From positions 1-24,523 of the IMG/VR virus record IMGVR_UViG_3300049070_000101: a stretch of DNA of 24,523 nt. One strand, 5' to 3'. Source of the stretch: a virus. Lineage: Duplodnaviria; Caudoviricetes. The notes below the pieces were generated by a model, which saw only the letters and a program-made list of their open reading frames with translations, was not told the DNA's origin and searched no databases. Position numbers and translations under genes: made by a program. Within the stretch, counting starts at the first letter, position 1. The number at the start of each line of letters is the position of its first letter. Shown piece after piece: positions 23,437 through 24,523 of this stretch.

Positions 23437-24312
23437 ATGAAAATCTACTACGACGCTGACGTGTACCTTGTCGCCAAGCCCCATATCGACAATGGTGGGG
23501 TGGGTCGCTTTCTCATAGACGAGGGCATGGGCATCGCGTGTGGGCTTGGCCAAGAAACGAAGGACGGAGACCTTGTCCCCGAGATCGCCGGCCGGGTGTG
23601 CTACATGAGTTTCATGAACCCCCGCCCCGGCGGCAACGAGGCGTACATCAAACACATCAAAGAAGTAGCCCACGGCAGCGTGTTGGAACACCCGTCGTGG
23701 TCGTTCATCATCACAGGCATCTCAAGATCATTGACGCACGAGTTCGTGCGCCACAGGCATATGTCCTACTCACAACTGTCACAGCGCTACGTTGACGAGT
23801 CGGACGTGGGTTTCGTCGTGCCCCACGAACTACGGGAAGAGGTCAAAAGGGCGTGGCCCCTGTGGGAGGAAACCGGAAACTCAGGCTACGTTGACACCTA
23901 CGGTAAAGACCCCCACATGACCACGGGCCTGGACTGGATCACCACTGTTAATAACGCCCGCGAGCAGTACATCCAGATCGTCGATTACTTCATGAAGAAG
24001 TTTATGTCGGACTTGACCAAGGGGCGGATCAAAGCCGGCACAGAGATGCGCAAGGCGGCACGCGGCACCGCAAGGAGTGTTCTGCCCAACTGCACCGAGA
24101 CCAAGATATTCGTCACGGCCAACGCCAGGGCGTGGCGGCACTTCATCGAGATGCGTGGCAGCAAGCACGCGGAGGTCGAAATCCGCAAGCTGGCCCACAA
24201 GGTGTGGGAAGTGTTGGCGAAAGAGGCAATCAACGTGTTCGGCGACTACGTCTGGGAAATGTCCGCCGACGGACTGCCCCTGGACGTAGCCACCCCGTAC
24301 CGAAAGGTGTGA
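23437..24312 (+). CDS. thyX: FAD-dependent thymidylate synthase
   Basis: AGRVCYMS, HGSVLEH, SRSLTHEFVRHRHMSYSQLSQRYV, ARSVLPN, RAWRHFIEMR.S.HAEVEIR. Confidence 0.97.
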   Translation: MKIYYDADVYLVAKPHIDNGGVGRFLIDEGMGIACGLGQETKDGDLVPEIAGRVCYMSFMNPRPGGNEAYIKHIKEVAHGSVLEHPSWSFIITGISRSLTHEFVRHRHMSYSQLSQRYVDESDVGFVVPHELREEVKRAWPLWEETGNSGYVDTYGKDPHMTTGLDWITTVNNAREQYIQIVDYFMKKFMSDLTKGRIKAGTEMRKAARGTARSVLPNCTETKIFVTANARAWRHFIEMRGSKHAEVEIRKLAHKVWEVLAKEAINVFGDYVWEMSADGLPLDVATPYRKV

Positions 24313-24313
24313 C

Positions 24314-24523
24314 GTGAACGACAACCACGACCGGGACGATTCCCCGCTGGTCGCCCTGGGATACTTGTTCGCCGCCCTGTCGCTGTTCCTGTGTCCGCCC
24401 GGGTTCGCGGTCGCGGGCGTGGTCTGCGGGGCCGTAAACGTCAGCCGGGACCGGATCAACCACGGGTTCGCCCAGATCGTCCTGTCCGTCAGCCTGGGCG
24501 GGCTGGGGATGGTCTGGGGGTTC
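24314..24523 (+). CDS. Small membrane protein, 3'-truncated
   Basis: AAGGTG SD, GTG start; LVALGYLFAALSLFLCPPGFAVAGVVCGAV...HGFAQIVLSVSLGGLGMVWGF, open to the window end. Confidence 0.65.
   Translation, partial: MNDNHDRDDSPLVALGYLFAALSLFLCPPGFAVAGVVCGAVNVSRDRINHGFAQIVLSVSLGGLGMVWGF

Larger units (their letters stand above)
1..24523 (+). mobile_element. Bacteriophage/prophage early and DNA replication/nucleotide metabolism region (ends not in window)
   Basis: Co-oriented, tightly coupled short ORFs (many ATGA/GTGA/TAATG junctions) mixed with phage-type primase, helicases, HNH, MTase, Dcd and ThyX; no host housekeeping operons. Confidence 0.9.

Noticed and set aside
382-24463. Numerous minus-strand and alternate-frame ORFs in the track
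   Set aside because: They are shadows of GC3-rich plus-strand genes: Arg/Pro/Gly-rich or antisense-pattern translations with no motifs.
1-24523. CRISPR array, tRNA, rRNA, or DGR/retron components
   Set aside because: No spaced direct repeats, cloverleaf, reverse transcriptase motifs or TR/VR pair were seen by eye, and intergenic space is minimal.

Overview
This window is a densely packed, entirely plus-strand block of about 45 genes from a GC-rich tailed phage or prophage. It covers the early and replication/nucleotide-metabolism region, with no structural, lysis or integrase genes. Recognisable products are a sigma-70-like factor behind a near-consensus promoter, dCTP deaminase with two insertions, an SNF2-type helicase, an orphan DNA MTase, a Zn-finger/TOPRIM primase, a NUMOD4-HNH homing endonuclease, an HTH replication initiator, a DnaB-like helicase, a beta-clamp-like protein, a family-4 UDG fused to a 3'-5' exonuclease with no polymerase domain, DUF1643, an all-alpha NTP-pyrophosphatase-like protein, an HNH nuclease and ThyX. 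Several small proteins resemble families I associate with Gemmataceae (Planctomycetota), which suggests the host. The main structures not explained by gene calls are: (1) a candidate ~84-nt antisense RNA covering the initiator's RBS and start codon, plus an origin-like palindrome cluster inside the initiator; (2) a homing endonuclease that appears to have replaced the primase 3' end, leaving the old tail behind; and (3) short AT-rich synonymous-codon patches, many on conserved catalytic motifs. All family calls come from motif recognition by eye; no database search was run.
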